The position numbers and the translations under genes are program-made. From positions 1 to 29,492 of the forward strand of contig CAZOYD010000046.1 in NCBI GenBank assembly GCA_964583985.1: DNA of 29,492 nucleotides, given 5' to 3'. Positions 28,030-29,492 of the stretch are shown one piece after another. The DNA comes from an uncultured archaeon (lineage in GTDB: Archaea > Asgardarchaeota > Lokiarchaeia > Sigyniarchaeales > SOKP01). Positions within the stretch are counted from its first letter, which is position 1; the number at the start of each line of letters is the position of its first letter. The notes under the pieces were generated by a model that saw nothing but the letters and a program-made list of their open reading frames with translations, did not search any database and had not been told where the DNA came from.

Positions 28030-28821
28030 ATGGTGACATATAAAATGAATGAAAAAGAATTAAATGAAAAAAAAGAAGATTTTGAAAATGAAGATTGGCA
28101 CTCATGGGAACCTCATGTTCCTCCATATTCTTTTCATCATCCACCAAGGGGTAAATATTATCCAAGAGACAGAACATACAGACATCATAGACCTCATGTT
28201 CCATTCGATCCTTTAATTCCACCACCGCGTTTTAGAAAACATTTCAGACCACCGAGAATCCCATTTACCAATGAAGACTTTCAAAATATCAAGCATTTTA
28301 TGATCCTCAACATTCTTAATGAAAGTGAATCAGGAATTACAGGATATCAGCTACAAAAACATTATAAACTTCCAAGAGGTACACTAATTCACGTGCTTGA
28401 TAAACTTGAAAAATTAAATTATCTCGATACTCATGAAGAAACTATCGAAGGTCGCGCTCAGAAATATTATCAACTTTCAGATTTGGGAAAAAAATACCTT
28501 GAAGATCTCAAGGAAAATTGGGCTTCGCGGTTCATGATGTTATCAGAAATGGCTCCTCCTGAAAAATATGGGAATCCATTCCATCGAGAAAATCTACGTT
28601 CAAAAATGATGATGGACATCGGTGATCTAAGCGAGAAGGAAGAAGCAATAGATTACTTCAGGGGCATGAGATCTCGTCTAACTAGCTATTTAAGAAGAGT
28701 GAAAAGAAAAGAAATACAACTTAACGAAATAAAAGCCATTTTCGATGAGCTTATTAAAACTATAGAAAACTTGGATGAATTTAATCAAGACAAAATTAAA
28801 GAGCTAATCGAGAAGTTATAA
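28030..28821 (+). CDS. PadR-family winged-helix transcriptional regulator with His/Pro/Arg-rich N-terminal extension
   Basis: MILNIL...GITGYQL...GTLIHVLDKLEKLNYL...GRAQKYYQLSDLGKKYL motif; helical C-terminus. Confidence 0.85.
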   Translation: MVTYKMNEKELNEKKEDFENEDWHSWEPHVPPYSFHHPPRGKYYPRDRTYRHHRPHVPFDPLIPPPRFRKHFRPPRIPFTNEDFQNIKHFMILNILNESESGITGYQLQKHYKLPRGTLIHVLDKLEKLNYLDTHEETIEGRAQKYYQLSDLGKKYLEDLKENWASRFMMLSEMAPPEKYGNPFHRENLRSKMMMDIGDLSEKEEAIDYFRGMRSRLTSYLRRVKRKEIQLNEIKAIFDELIKTIENLDEFNQDKIKELIEKL

Positions 28822-28933
28822 AATAATTAAAATTTTTTTTTCTAATTTTTGAGCATTTCACATGTATTAAATCCAAAATTTTTTTTATAATTTAAATTTC
28901 TAAATTATAGGTGTAGCTTATTTGGCTGATGTA

Positions 28934-29492
28934 ATGAAAGGATTTATTTTTGAGATTCAAAAAATGAGTACCGAAGACGGTCCTGGAATACGTACTACTG
29001 TCTTTTTCAAGCAATGTCCACTGAAATGTATTTGGTGCCATAATCCGGAATCAATTTTAAAGAAAAAGCAATTAGAATGGTTCAAACATAAATGTATTGG
29101 GTGCAATACTTGCATTAAAACTTGTGAACTGGCAGCACTAAAATTTGAAGAAGATGGTCTTTACATTGATAGAAAACTCTGTACTAGTTGTGGAAAATGT
29201 TCAGATGAATGTCCGTCAACAGCACTCCACATGTTTGGCGAATATTGGTCTTTAGATGATCTCTATCACGAGATTCAAAAAGATAAAGTATATTACGAGC
29301 AATCTAAAGGAGGCATTACAGTATCGGGTGGAGAACCCACCATCCAATCTGATTTCATTTTAGAATTTTTAAAGATGTGCAAGGATAATGGTATTTCTAC
29401 AGCTTTAGATACGTGTGGCTATGCTTCCAAAAATATATATGAAAAAATTTTGCCATACGTAGATCTTGTTCTTCTTGATATCAAGGAAATCG
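28934..29492 (+). CDS. Glycyl-radical activating enzyme (radical SAM) with 2x[4Fe-4S] insert; runs off the window end, not in ORF track
   Basis: Manual translation gives MKGFIFEIQKMSTEDGPGIRTTVFFKQCPLKCIWCHNPES...CIGCNTCIKTC...CTSCGKCSDECP...GGITVSGGEP...DTCGY. An alternative in-frame TTG start at 28922 follows AGGTG. Confidence 0.93.
   Translation, partial: MKGFIFEIQKMSTEDGPGIRTTVFFKQCPLKCIWCHNPESILKKKQLEWFKHKCIGCNTCIKTCELAALKFEEDGLYIDRKLCTSCGKCSDECPSTALHMFGEYWSLDDLYHEIQKDKVYYEQSKGGITVSGGEPTIQSDFILEFLKMCKDNGISTALDTCGYASKNIYEKILPYVDLVLLDIKEI

Overview
AT-rich, gene-dense archaeal chromosome segment, most likely from an Asgard archaeon (Lokiarchaeia-like). This is inferred from an Orc1/Cdc6, an archaeal XerA-type recombinase, a Rab-like GTPase with a WDFGGEE switch II, an IFT52/GIFT-domain protein, TATA-like boxes and oligo-T terminators. 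Routine genes include a tyrosine phenol-lyase 3' end, PiT + DUF47, DUF2284, purA, tldD-pmbA, DUF362 and a thioredoxin-reductase-like flavoprotein. The most interesting elements are: (1) a glycyl-radical-enzyme locus of unknown substrate (GRE, GPH-type MFS transporter, atypical 3-hydroxyacyl-CoA dehydrogenase-family enzyme, PadR regulator, ferredoxin-insert activase), tied together by a shared TATRTGA-N9-TCAYATA palindrome; (2) a steroid 5-alpha-reductase + DUF1295 + extended-SDR trio suggesting steroid or polyprenol redox chemistry; (3) an unannotated 44-aa zinc-ribbon microprotein; (4) a membrane-anchored cadherin-like/ELWxxDGT propeller surface protein with a recent internal duplication; (5) a phased motif array upstream of xerA. 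No rRNA, tRNA, CRISPR array or IS element was seen. All family assignments come from motif recognition by eye, not database searches.
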